This document shows positions 18,831 to 28,622 of a stretch of 61,433 nucleotides of DNA, one piece after another (the first letter of the stretch is position 1; each line of letters begins with the position of its first letter). Source of the stretch: Pseudomonadota bacterium (GTDB taxonomy: Bacteria; Desulfobacterota; Desulfobacteria; Desulfobacterales; JBDRRP01); NCBI GenBank assembly GCA_043825735.1, contig JBDRRP010000068.1, positions 124,001-185,433 on the forward strand, written 5' to 3'. The notes under the pieces were generated by a model. It did not search any database and had not been told where the DNA came from. It saw only the letters and a list, made by a program, of their open reading frames with translations. A program made the position numbers and the translations under genes.

Positions 18831-19996
18831 ACACGCCGCGCCCCTTCGTGGAGCAGATCGATGGATACGACGCCATCGCCGCCGAGCGTCAGGTCCTTGA
18901 AAAATACGGCACCGATTTTCGGCCGGAGCGCGGTGCGGTGCGCCGGATCATCGACCGCCTCCACCCGGACGCGCTGTCGCTGCGGGTCGCGGCGGTTATC
19001 GGCGAAACCCCCACCGCCACCACCCTGCGCCTGGTGTCCGACGGGTGTCCCCTGCCGCCGTTTCAAGCCGGGCAGTATATCAATCTTCACCTCGGGTTGG
19101 GGGGCATTCTGACCAGTCGGCCTTACAGCATCTCGTCATCGCCCCACCAGGGGGCCTATTACGACATCACCGTCCGCAAGCTGATCGACGGCTTTGTGTC
19201 GGCCCATCTTGTTGATGCCGTGCTTCCCGGCGATGTCTTTACCACCTCTGCCCCCACGGGTCAGTTCGTCCACAACCCGGTTTTTCATGGTGAAGATCTG
19301 GTGTTTCTGGCCGGCGGCAGCGGGATCACGCCTTTCATGAGCATGATCCGGGATGTGACCGACCGGGGGCTTGCCCGGAAGATCACGCTCATCTACGGCA
19401 GTCGTCACAGTGACGACATCATCTTTAGCGATGAACTGGCCCGGCGAGTCGAAGACCACGACGCCCTGCGGGTGATCCACGTCATCTCTGAGCCGGATCG
19501 AGAATATACCGGTCGCGCCGGATTCATCACCGCCGATCTGATCCGCGAGGCGGCCGGCGATCTCACCGGCAAGATGTTCTATATCTGCGGTCCCGAAGTC
19601 ATGTACGCGTTTTGCCTCAAGGCGCTCGAAACCCTGGGGGTGCCGCGCCGGCGCATCCGCACCGAGGTGTTCGGTCCCCCGGTCCGGGTCACGGACCAGC
19701 CCGGCTGGCCGATTGCGGTGGCCGCTCAACAGCGGTTTTCGGTAGCCATTGCCGGACGCGCGTCCGTGTCGGTGGCGGCCGGCGAGCCGCTGATGATCGG
19801 TTTGGAGCGAAACGCGATCGTGCTGCCCGCCCTGTGCCGCAGCGGCGAGTGCAGCCTGTGCCGAACGCGGCTGGTGCGCGGTGAGGTGTTTCAGCCCGCC
19901 GGCGTGAAAGTTCGGGCATCGGATCGTACGAACGGGTACATCCATCCGTGCATGGCCTATCCGGTGAGCGATCTGCAGATCGAATTGCCGGGGTAG
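18827..19996 (+). CDS. FNR-type FAD/NAD(P) reductase with C-terminal [2Fe-2S] ferredoxin
   Basis: RPYSISS, LAGGSGITP, YICGP, CRSGECSLC..HPC; ATGA overlap with upstream gene. Confidence 0.88.
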   Translation: MNTPRPFVEQIDGYDAIAAERQVLEKYGTDFRPERGAVRRIIDRLHPDALSLRVAAVIGETPTATTLRLVSDGCPLPPFQAGQYINLHLGLGGILTSRPYSISSSPHQGAYYDITVRKLIDGFVSAHLVDAVLPGDVFTTSAPTGQFVHNPVFHGEDLVFLAGGSGITPFMSMIRDVTDRGLARKITLIYGSRHSDDIIFSDELARRVEDHDALRVIHVISEPDREYTGRAGFITADLIREAAGDLTGKMFYICGPEVMYAFCLKALETLGVPRRRIRTEVFGPPVRVTDQPGWPIAVAAQQRFSVAIAGRASVSVAAGEPLMIGLERNAIVLPALCRSGECSLCRTRLVRGEVFQPAGVKVRASDRTNGYIHPCMAYPVSDLQIELPG

Positions 19997-20030
19997 GCCC
20001 GCAGCGCCGGAAGAAAGCCACCAGGACTCC

Positions 20031-20090
20031 AGCGTGGCATAAACGCAACCCAAAAACAGTTCTCGCGCAGAGACGCAGGGGCGCAGAGAA
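20031..20090. repeat. CGCAGAG nonamer module, reverse copy of the end module of arrays at 24351 and 34695
   Basis: cgcaacccaaaaac..ctcgcgcagagacgcaggggcgcagag. Confidence 0.7.
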
Positions 20091-20188
20091 AAATAACAAG
20101 AAAACCCCTTTCCCACTATTTTTCTGTTTGCGTTGTTAACGATCTGGCTTGATAAGCGCCTGAATGGAACTCAATTAAAGGATTCTCA

Positions 20189-20896
20189 ATGACAGTTCGC
20201 CTTCACTACTTTCAGCATGTCCCCTTCGAGGGGCTGGGCAGCATTGCCGACTGGTGCCGCGAGCGCGCTATCCCCGTCACCGTCACCCGGTTTTATGCCG
20301 GCGATCCGGTGCCCGAGCCGGCAGCATACGATTTTCTGGTGGTCATGGGCGGACCCATGAGCGTGAACGACGGTCTTCAGTATGCCTGGTTGGACGCGGA
20401 AATAAATCACATCACTGCGGCGGTAAAGCAGGGGAAAACCGTGCTTGGCATTTGCCTCGGCGCCCAGCTCATCGCCGCTGCCGCCGGAGCGCGCGTTTAT
20501 CCCAACAGGCAAAAGGAGATCGGATGGTTTCCTGTCGTGCGGACAACCTCGGCAACGGCTTCCGGTCCGCTGGCCGGTATCTTGCCTGCCGAGGTGCTGG
20601 CCTTTCACTGGCATGGGGAGACCTTCGATTTGCCAGAAGGCGCCGCCCACTTGGCTCGCAGCGCCGCCTGCGAGCACCAGGCGTTCGCTCTTGGGCAGCG
20701 GGTGATCGGACTCCAGTTTCACCTGGAAACCACGAGAGCGTCGGCAACCGCCTTGCTGAACCACTGCGGGGCTGACATCACCGACGCACCCGCCATTCAG
20801 GAACCATCGGAGATCCTCTCCGATGAAACCCGGTTTGCCGACATCAACCGGGTCATGGTCCATCTCCTTGACCGGCTATGTCCGTCCCCGGGGTGA
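20189..20896 (+). CDS. Type 1 glutamine amidotransferase
   Basis: VMGGPMSV, LGICLGAQL, GLQFHLE triad motifs. Confidence 0.9.
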   Translation: MTVRLHYFQHVPFEGLGSIADWCRERAIPVTVTRFYAGDPVPEPAAYDFLVVMGGPMSVNDGLQYAWLDAEINHITAAVKQGKTVLGICLGAQLIAAAAGARVYPNRQKEIGWFPVVRTTSATASGPLAGILPAEVLAFHWHGETFDLPEGAAHLARSAACEHQAFALGQRVIGLQFHLETTRASATALLNHCGADITDAPAIQEPSEILSDETRFADINRVMVHLLDRLCPSPG

Positions 20897-21127
20897 GCGT
20901 TCACCGGACAATCCGGCTGCCCGGTTTCATTTCGCAAGGTTTTCTGCCTAAAAATATTGCCATTTTTCAATTCTGAGTTGATGCGCTGCTCGATTTTGTT
21001 GCGCCCGGGACAAATAGCGGCCAAATCTGGGCCCCGAGAGTGACATTGAACGGCTCATCGACTATGGAATTGCTATTGATTGGATGCTGCATCGGGTGAA
21101 AACGACAACGCTGCCGCGAGGGAAACG

Positions 21128-23416
21128 ATGAGCGGAAACCATGAGACTGAAAATTTTCTGGAACTGACCGAAAAAATTGCACAGAGCGGTAGTTTCAGGC
21201 GCGATCTCAACACCGGCGACACGGTCTGGTCAACTGGGATGTTCCGCATTTTCGGGATAGCGCCCGGATCGGTGCCCCCCGATTTTGAATTCATCGTGGA
21301 GCGGATTCATCCGGATGACAAAGCCGCTGTTATCAACGCCAATGAATCACTTCGGTCCGGCGGCCGGGAAATGGATATTGAATACCGGATTATCCGAAGC
21401 GACGGCGAGGTGCGCCACATTCATTCGCGGGCCGAGGTAAGGGCCGATGAATCGGGGGATTTTTGCGTCAAGTACGGCGTCCTTCAGGATGTCACTGATT
21501 TTAAAAGGACGGCGGCGGCGCTCCAGTTCAGTGAACTGCGCTTCCGGACGGCCTTTCAAACCAGTCCTGATGCGGTCAATATCAACCGGCTGGCTGACGG
21601 GTTGTACATTGACATCAACGATGGGTTCACCGATTTAACCGGATTTACAAGAGCGGATGTCACCGGCAAGACCTCTCTGGACATCGACATCTGGGATGCA
21701 CCGGCCGACCGTGACCGCTTGGTTGCCGGACTCAAAAAAGAAGGCGTCGTTCGCAACCTGGAAGCCCGGTTTCGCCGCAAGGACGGATCGACGACAACGG
21801 CATTGATGTCGGCTAGGGTGATGACCCTCAACAACGCGCCGCACATTCTCTCGGTCACCCGGGATATTTCCCATCTCAAACGGGCCGAGCAGGCGCTGCT
21901 GGAGAGCGAACGCAAATACCGCCGCATATTCGAGAGCCTTTCGGACGTTTATTTTGAGACCACCCTGGACGGCGCGATCGTCAACACAAGCCCTTCGGCG
22001 GAAACGGTCTCCGGTCACCCCGTACACACGCTCATCGGAAACCGGGTCGACATGCTCTATCATAATCCCGCCGACAGGCAGCCGCTGCTTGAGGCGCTGA
22101 GACGCAACGGGCGGGTGAGAAACTTTGAGGTGGTCTTCAAGCGCAATGACGGCACCCCATATGATGTTTCCATCAACGCGGATGTCTATTGCGATGAAAA
22201 CGGTCGTCCTGCGGGGATGACAGGGACCATTCGCGATGTGACAGAGCAAAAGAAACTCAAGGAGCAGCTCCAGCGTTCGCGAAAAATGGAATCGTTCGGA
22301 CTTATGGCCGGCGGTATCGCCCATGATCTCAACAATATCCTGTCCGGCATTGTCAGCTATCCGGATCTGCTGCTCATGGACATGCCCGAAGACAGTCCCT
22401 TGCGAAAACCCATCCAGACCATCAAGCGTTCCGGGGAGCGTGCCGCTGGCATTGTCGCCGACCTGCTGACCGTGGCCCGGGGGGTGGCCGTCGGCAAGGA
22501 GGTTTTCAACATCAACGACATTATCGGGGAATATCTGAATTCAAATGTTTTCAAAACGCTCGAGAAAGCCCACCCTGGTGTATCGGTTCACCGCGCTCTG
22601 GATCCGGCACTGCTGAACACCCGGTGCTCGCCCATCCACATGCAGAAAATACTGATGAACCTTATTTCCAATGCCGCCGAAGCGATCGCCGGAAACGGCA
22701 CGGTGACCATAGAGACAACCAATATCTATATCGATCTTCCATTGAAAGGCGATGAGGCGGTGCCGGCGGGAGAATATGTCAGGCTTCGTGTTTCAGACAC
22801 GGGAAACGGCATTTCAAGAGAGGACATCGATCGGATTTTCGAACCGTTTTACACCAAACGCATTCTGGGCCGAAGCGGCACCGGATTGGGGCTGTCGGTG
22901 GTGTGGAATGCCGTTCACGACCATGATGGCACGATTCACGTCGACAGCGGAAAAGACGGCACCGCATTTACCATATATTTCCCGGTCACCCGGGAGGCTG
23001 TGACGCAAAGTAGCGATAGCGTGCCCATTGAAACCTATCGCGGCGGCGGAGAGAAGATCCTCGTTGTCGATGATGAAGAAGATCAGCGGGAGATCGCCTG
23101 TGAGATGCTGTTAAGGTTGGGGTACGCGGCCGAGTCGGTGCCCAGTGGAGAAGAAGCCGTTGACTATTTGAGAGAAAAACACGCCGATCTTCTACTGCTG
23201 GACATGATTATGGTGCCGAACCTGAGCGGCAGAGAAACCTACGAGAAAGTGATCAAAGCGCACCCCGGTCAAAAGGCGATCCTGGCCAGCGGGTTTGCAG
23301 AGACCATCGATGTCAGGGCGGCCCAGAAAGCCGGCGCCGGCGCCTTTATCAAAAAGCCGTATACCATCGATAAATTGGGGATTACGGTGAAATTGGAATT
23401 GGAAAAAACGCGCTGA
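21128..23416 (+). CDS. Cytoplasmic PAS-PAS-PAS hybrid histidine kinase/receiver
   Basis: GGIAHDLNNIL H-box, VSDTGNGI, FEPFYT, GTGLGL, C-terminal LLLLDMIM receiver. Confidence 0.9.
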   Translation: MSGNHETENFLELTEKIAQSGSFRRDLNTGDTVWSTGMFRIFGIAPGSVPPDFEFIVERIHPDDKAAVINANESLRSGGREMDIEYRIIRSDGEVRHIHSRAEVRADESGDFCVKYGVLQDVTDFKRTAAALQFSELRFRTAFQTSPDAVNINRLADGLYIDINDGFTDLTGFTRADVTGKTSLDIDIWDAPADRDRLVAGLKKEGVVRNLEARFRRKDGSTTTALMSARVMTLNNAPHILSVTRDISHLKRAEQALLESERKYRRIFESLSDVYFETTLDGAIVNTSPSAETVSGHPVHTLIGNRVDMLYHNPADRQPLLEALRRNGRVRNFEVVFKRNDGTPYDVSINADVYCDENGRPAGMTGTIRDVTEQKKLKEQLQRSRKMESFGLMAGGIAHDLNNILSGIVSYPDLLLMDMPEDSPLRKPIQTIKRSGERAAGIVADLLTVARGVAVGKEVFNINDIIGEYLNSNVFKTLEKAHPGVSVHRALDPALLNTRCSPIHMQKILMNLISNAAEAIAGNGTVTIETTNIYIDLPLKGDEAVPAGEYVRLRVSDTGNGISREDIDRIFEPFYTKRILGRSGTGLGLSVVWNAVHDHDGTIHVDSGKDGTAFTIYFPVTREAVTQSSDSVPIETYRGGGEKILVVDDEEDQREIACEMLLRLGYAAESVPSGEEAVDYLREKHADLLLLDMIMVPNLSGRETYEKVIKAHPGQKAILASGFAETIDVRAAQKAGAGAFIKKPYTIDKLGITVKLELEKTR

Positions 23417-23433
23417 AGGGGACAAAGGGTGCA

Positions 23434-23560
23434 CGTGAAAAAATCAATTTTTTCGCAAAAGCACCAAGACGCCAAGAAGAACATCATTAACATCAATGCG
23501 TTAGCTTTGCGATCTTTGCGGCTTTGGAAGAGATTCCGATATTTTGCGGATTCATCAAGG
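23434..23560. repeat. Degenerate fold-back element with CGCAAAG/CGCCAAG nonamers
   Basis: cgcaaaagcaccaagacgccaag facing ctttgcgatctttgcggctttgg; end attttgcggattcatcaag. Confidence 0.6.
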
Positions 23561-23645
23561 TTAACAAACACTTACGCCATCGCTTAAAACATGAAACCAT
23601 ATGAATTCGGGGTGTTTCGAATTCATTGACTGATGGAGGCTTTCC

Positions 23646-24350
23646 ATGGCCGACGCACTCGCACTGCTGGCCCTGCTCATCGGGCTGGAGCTGGTTTTAG
23701 GAGTCGACAATATCCTGGTCATTTCCATTTTCGTGGGCCGCCTTCCCGAAGCGCGCCGCCACAAGGCCCGCATCGCCGGTCTGGCCCTGGCGCTGGTGGC
23801 CCGCATCATCATGCTCGTGGTGGTGGTCTACCTGGCCTCCCTCACCCGGCCGCTGATATGGAACCTGTCGCTTCGCGACCTGCTGCTTATCACCGGCGGG
23901 CTTTTCCTCCTGTATAAAGCCGTGCGCGAGATTCACCATGCCGTTGAGGTCGAAGACGCGCAGAGCGCAGTGCAGCCTTCAGGGGCTGCCGGCACCGCCG
24001 CAGTGCTCAGCCAGATCGTACTCCTGGACATCGTTTTTTCCATCGATTCGGTGATCACTGCCGTGGGACTCACCAGCGAGCTGTGGATCATCATTGCCGC
24101 GGTGGTGGTTTCCTTTGTCGGCATCCTCTTTTTCGCCAAGACCATCGGCGAGTTCATTCTGAGAAATCCGGCGCTCAAGATTCTCGCCCTGAGTTTTCTG
24201 GTCACCATCGGGGTCACCATCTTCATGGAGGGCCTGCACAAGCACGTGCCCAAGGCCTACATCTACCTGCCCATGGGCTTTGCGCTGGGTGTGGAGCTAT
24301 TGCAGATGCGCTACGAAGCCAACCGGCGCCGGCGCTTGAGCCGGGGATGA
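23646..24350 (+). CDS. TerC family membrane protein
   Basis: LELVLGVDN, QIVLLDIVFSIDSVITAVG, VPKAYIY. Confidence 0.92.
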   Translation: MADALALLALLIGLELVLGVDNILVISIFVGRLPEARRHKARIAGLALALVARIIMLVVVVYLASLTRPLIWNLSLRDLLLITGGLFLLYKAVREIHHAVEVEDAQSAVQPSGAAGTAAVLSQIVLLDIVFSIDSVITAVGLTSELWIIIAAVVVSFVGILFFAKTIGEFILRNPALKILALSFLVTIGVTIFMEGLHKHVPKAYIYLPMGFALGVELLQMRYEANRRRRLSRG

Positions 24351-24570
24351 CCATCGGCGGAAAAGCGACAACAACTGCGATTTTGGCGCGGATTTCACGG
24401 ATTACGCGGATTAAAAGGAAAAAAGTGAGGCGGCCTGCGGCCGGAGGGCAACTGCGAAAAGCAGAATGGGCCGCAGATGAACGCGAATAAACGCAGATAG
24501 TGGAAGTGCTCTGCGCCTTTGTGTCTTTGCGCGAGACCCGGTTTTGGGTTGCGGCACTGCCGCACGAGTT
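24351..24570 (+). repeat. Modular repeat array A (AACTGC / triple nonamer / GGCGGCC hairpin)
   Basis: aactgc..gcggatttcacggattacgcggat..ggcggcctgcggccgg..aactgc..cgcagatgaacgcgaataaacgcagat..end module. Confidence 0.75.
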
Positions 24571-24606
24571 TTTTAATAGCCAATTATTTTCTTGAGGATT
24601 TCTGCC

Positions 24607-25497
24607 ATGCCTTTTGCCGAAGCCAACGGCATCACGCTTTGCTATGACGTCATGGGGCCCGAAGACGGCCGGCCGTTGCTCCTGATCATGGGGCTCACCA
24701 CCCAGCTCATCGCCTGGCCGGAAGTCTTCTGCCGGCAGCTTGCCGATGCGGGACACCGGGTGATCCGCTTTGACAACCGCGACTGCGGCCTGTCGACCAA
24801 GATGGAGCGCCTGGGCGTGCCCGATGTGATGAATATGGCGGGCGAGCTGGCCAAGGGGCACTCTGTGGCCCCGCCTTACACCCTTTCAGACATGGCTGCC
24901 GATGCCGTGGGGCTGGCCGATGCGCTGGGGCTTGAACGCTTTCACGTCTGCGGCCTTTCCATGGGCGGAATGATTGCCCAGATCATGGCCATGGAATACC
25001 CGGCACGCATTCTCAGCCTGGTGTCCATGGAATCCACCACGGGCGAGCGGGACCTGCCACCGGCCACCCCCGAGGCCGCCGCGGCGATGATCTCGCTGGC
25101 TCCGACAAAGCGGGATCGATACATCGCCTATTCCGTCGATCTTTATCGCGCCTTTGCCGCCGGATCGCGCGAACTGGACGAAGGTGTTCAGGCCCGACTG
25201 TCTGCCGCGGCCTACGACCGCGCCTTCTATCCTATGGGCTTTCCCCGGCAGATGGCCGCTATCCTGGCCGCTCCCGGTCGGCGGCGGGCCCTTGGGGCGG
25301 TAGCGTGCCCCGCTCTCGTGATCCACGGTACCCACGACGCTATGGTGCCTGCGGCCCACGGTGAAGACACGGCCCATGCCATTTCCGGCGCAGAACTGCT
25401 TATGATGGTGGGATTGGGCCATGGGATCGCCTATCCGCGGCTGTGGCTGGAGATGACCGGGCGCATTGCCGAGCTTACGCACAAGGCCGGCGGTTAG
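24607..25497 (+). CDS. Alpha/beta fold hydrolase
   Basis: LLIMGL, RFDNRDCGLS, GLSMGG nucleophile elbow, IHGTHD, GLGH. Confidence 0.9.
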   Translation: MPFAEANGITLCYDVMGPEDGRPLLLIMGLTTQLIAWPEVFCRQLADAGHRVIRFDNRDCGLSTKMERLGVPDVMNMAGELAKGHSVAPPYTLSDMAADAVGLADALGLERFHVCGLSMGGMIAQIMAMEYPARILSLVSMESTTGERDLPPATPEAAAAMISLAPTKRDRYIAYSVDLYRAFAAGSRELDEGVQARLSAAAYDRAFYPMGFPRQMAAILAAPGRRRALGAVACPALVIHGTHDAMVPAAHGEDTAHAISGAELLMMVGLGHGIAYPRLWLEMTGRIAELTHKAGG

Positions 25498-25523
25498 GGG
25501 TGGACAGAGGCATCGGCAGCGGT

Positions 25524-28157
25524 ATGAAAGAACGAAGGGTCAGGTCGGTAATGAAAAGCAACCGGATTGGAATCTTCGCAATGGTCGGTGCAGCTGGGCG
25601 GGCCCTGGCGCTGCGCCTGTTCGGGTGTAATGGAAATCCGCGCGTTTCCGGCAAATGCCCAAACCGGACATTTCCCGCCGGCTTTTCCGCTGCTTTGGTG
25701 GCGCTCATTTTAACCGGGGTGCTGATTGCGGACGTTCACGGCGCTCAGGGGACGCCGGTCTTACTGACCGCAGACGAGCGGGCATGGCTGGACCGGAATC
25801 CAGATAAACTGACGCTGTTTTTTAACACCGAGTTTCCGCCCATCGAGTTCTCATCACCTGATGGCGCCTTTATTGGAATGGGCGCAGATGTCATCGGCAT
25901 GATTGAAGGACGGCTTGGGGTCAGGTTTATCCAAAGCCCCTCCGATGACTGGAACCAACACCTGGCGGCCCTGGCCAGCGGGGCCTGCGCCATTGCTCCG
26001 ACGATCGTGCGAACGCCCGAAAGGGGGCTCTTCGCGTATTTCACGACCCCCTATGCCACGGTGCCGGTCGTTATCATCGGCACCCGCCAGCTGCCCACCG
26101 GACTGACCCTCGCCGATTTTAGCGGAAAGCGGGTTGCCGTGGTTTCCGGGTACGCGACCGAAAAGTACGTGAACGACCAAAGCCAGGGAAGGTTCGCGGT
26201 GGTGCCGATGCCCGACGTCGTTTACGGCCTGCGCGCCGTATCGTTCGGGCAGGTGGATGCGTTTGTGGAAAATCTTGCCGTGGCCGCCTATTTCATTGAT
26301 CAGGAGGGCATCCCCAATCTGAGCGTGGTGGGCGGCACGGATTACGCCTTCGCTTTCAGCATCGGCGTGAGCCGCAAGTATCCGCTGCTGTTCAGCGCCA
26401 TGCAGAAGGCCATGGACGCGATTCCTGAAATGGACCTCGAGGCCATTCGCAAGCGCTGGATTTCCCTGCAGGGTCATCGCGGGATCGCTCCGGAAACCCG
26501 GCGCCTGCTCACCCTTGTCGCCGTATTCAGCGCGCTGCTGCTGGCAGGCCTGGCGGGCATCAGCTACATTCTCAAGCGCCGGCTCGATGAGAAAGTGGCC
26601 AGCCTTAAAAATGCCCAGGAGGAGCTGGCTCATAGCGAAGCCAGATTCCGGGCGATTTTCGAATATGCGCCATACGCCATCGTGATCAACAGCCTCGAGG
26701 ACGGCCGGTTCCTTGAGGCCAACAAAGCGTTTTTGGAAAGCCGGGGAGTCAGCCGGGAGGAGATATTGACCATGACCACCAAGGATGTTGCCCTTTTTTC
26801 AGAAGACGAGGCGGCAAACATCCGGGCTGAAATCCTCAAAAAGGGCTCCGTGCGGAACATGGAGGCCACTGTACGGAAATTGGACGGGACATTTGCCCAT
26901 GTCATCTATTCATCCGGTTTGCTAGAAATTCAGGGCCAAAAGCAGATCCTTTCCATGACCGTGGATGTCACCGAGCGCAAACAGGCCGAAATGGAACGCG
27001 AAAAACTGCAGGGGCAGCTGCTCCAGTCCCAGAAGCTGGAGGCCGTGGGCATCCTCGCCGGCGGGGTTGCCCATGATTTCAACAACATGCTGGGAGCCAT
27101 CATCGGATACTCCGAACTCACCATGGACCGGATGGATCCTGAAGACCCGTCCCGAGGCAATATCCGAAAAATCCTCGACGCGGCCCATCGCTCCGCCAAC
27201 CTCACCCGGCAACTGCTGGCCTTTGCCCGAAAGCAAACCGTTGCCCCCATCGTGTTCGACTTGAACGAATCGGTGGAGGCCATGCTCAAGATGCTGCGCC
27301 GACTCATCGGGGAAAACATCGATCTGGCCTGGCTGCCCGGGGCTGGCCGGTGCCCGGTCAACATGGACCCCTCCCAGCTCGACCAGATCCTGGCTAATCT
27401 GTGCGTCAATGCCAGGGACGCCATCGCTGATGTGGGCAAGCTCTCGATAAAGACCGGCACGGTTTCATTAAATGCGGCTGACTGCGAATCCTATGCCGAC
27501 AGCACTCCGGGAGAATATGTGCTGCTGGCCGTGAGCGACACCGGTTGCGGCATGGGCAAAGAAACCATGAGCCATGTATTTGAACCCTTTTATACCACCA
27601 AGGGGGTGGGTAAAGGTACCGGGCTGGGGCTTTCCACCGTCTACGGCATCGTCAAGCAAAACGAGGGATTTATCCATCTGTACAGTGAACCGGGAATGGG
27701 AACGACCTTTGAAATATACTTCCCGCGCCATATCGGCGATGCCCCGGTGGAGAAAGTCGTCGTCTCGGATGATATTCCCCTCAGCCGCGGCGAGACCATT
27801 CTGGTTGTCGAAGATGATCCGATCCTGCGTGAGATGGGCCAGGCGATGCTGCAGCGTCTGGGATACACTGTTTTGGTGGCTGGCTCCCCCGGGGAGGCCA
27901 TCCGGCTGGCCGAGGAAACAAGCACAGACATTCACCTGTTTCTCATCGATGTGGTGATGCCCGAGATGAACGGCCGGGAATTGGCCGATCGGCTCGTGGC
28001 GATTCGACCTGCGCTCAAGTACTTGTTCATGTCCGGTTATACGGCTGACGTCATCGTTCACCGCGGAGTTTTGGAGGACAGGGTCAATTTCATCCAGAAG
28101 CCGTTTTCAATTCGTGACCTTGCTGTCAGGATCCGCGAGATCCTGGATGCGGGATAA
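25524..28157 (+). CDS. Membrane hybrid histidine kinase (periplasmic SBP family 3 sensor, PAS, HK, receiver); start uncertain
   Basis: FPPIEF..G.FIGMGAD SBP pattern, TM helix, GGVAHDFNNML, DVVMPEMNG. Confidence 0.88.
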   Translation: MKERRVRSVMKSNRIGIFAMVGAAGRALALRLFGCNGNPRVSGKCPNRTFPAGFSAALVALILTGVLIADVHGAQGTPVLLTADERAWLDRNPDKLTLFFNTEFPPIEFSSPDGAFIGMGADVIGMIEGRLGVRFIQSPSDDWNQHLAALASGACAIAPTIVRTPERGLFAYFTTPYATVPVVIIGTRQLPTGLTLADFSGKRVAVVSGYATEKYVNDQSQGRFAVVPMPDVVYGLRAVSFGQVDAFVENLAVAAYFIDQEGIPNLSVVGGTDYAFAFSIGVSRKYPLLFSAMQKAMDAIPEMDLEAIRKRWISLQGHRGIAPETRRLLTLVAVFSALLLAGLAGISYILKRRLDEKVASLKNAQEELAHSEARFRAIFEYAPYAIVINSLEDGRFLEANKAFLESRGVSREEILTMTTKDVALFSEDEAANIRAEILKKGSVRNMEATVRKLDGTFAHVIYSSGLLEIQGQKQILSMTVDVTERKQAEMEREKLQGQLLQSQKLEAVGILAGGVAHDFNNMLGAIIGYSELTMDRMDPEDPSRGNIRKILDAAHRSANLTRQLLAFARKQTVAPIVFDLNESVEAMLKMLRRLIGENIDLAWLPGAGRCPVNMDPSQLDQILANLCVNARDAIADVGKLSIKTGTVSLNAADCESYADSTPGEYVLLAVSDTGCGMGKETMSHVFEPFYTTKGVGKGTGLGLSTVYGIVKQNEGFIHLYSEPGMGTTFEIYFPRHIGDAPVEKVVVSDDIPLSRGETILVVEDDPILREMGQAMLQRLGYTVLVAGSPGEAIRLAEETSTDIHLFLIDVVMPEMNGRELADRLVAIRPALKYLFMSGYTADVIVHRGVLEDRVNFIQKPFSIRDLAVRIREILDAG

Positions 28158-28371
28158 AGAGTGAAGGGGAACCGGGAAAAACGGCATCTTTGCCTTCTTT
28201 ATTCTCTCGCGATGCTCGCTGCGCCGGCCCGCGCTTTTCGGAGTCCTCGGGCTGTTCGTCTGGAACCCGGTGCCGAATCATCGAAAATACGGTTGTGGAA
28301 AAATGCCGAAAGAGAGATGGTGTCGCAAGCAGCCCCAGGTCGTACCGGCCCGACAACGCTATGAAATTTTA

Positions 28372-28503
28372 TGATGCCGTAAAAAGTCTGAAACAACCAC
28401 AGAGGAGGCAGAGGACCGCAGAGATAACCCATAAATATTCAACCTATTCTCTGCGGTCCTCTGTGTCCTCTGTGGTTCAAAATCGCCTTTTACGGTTTAA
28501 TCA
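28372..28503. repeat. MITE-like fold-back element with CAGAG triple nonamers
   Basis: ccgtaaaaagtc / gccttttacgg outer arms enclosing accacagaggaggcagaggaccgcagag / ctctgcggtcctctgtgtcctctgtggt. Confidence 0.75.
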
Positions 28504-28622
28504 CCGCTGATACCCATGAACGCTTGCCAAGTGCTTCGATGCGCGATTACTGTTCCGTATCTTGTGCAGTCAATTCGTCATCTGATTTACAAATCGATGG
28601 ACTAAGGAGTGGAGGCCGTCCC

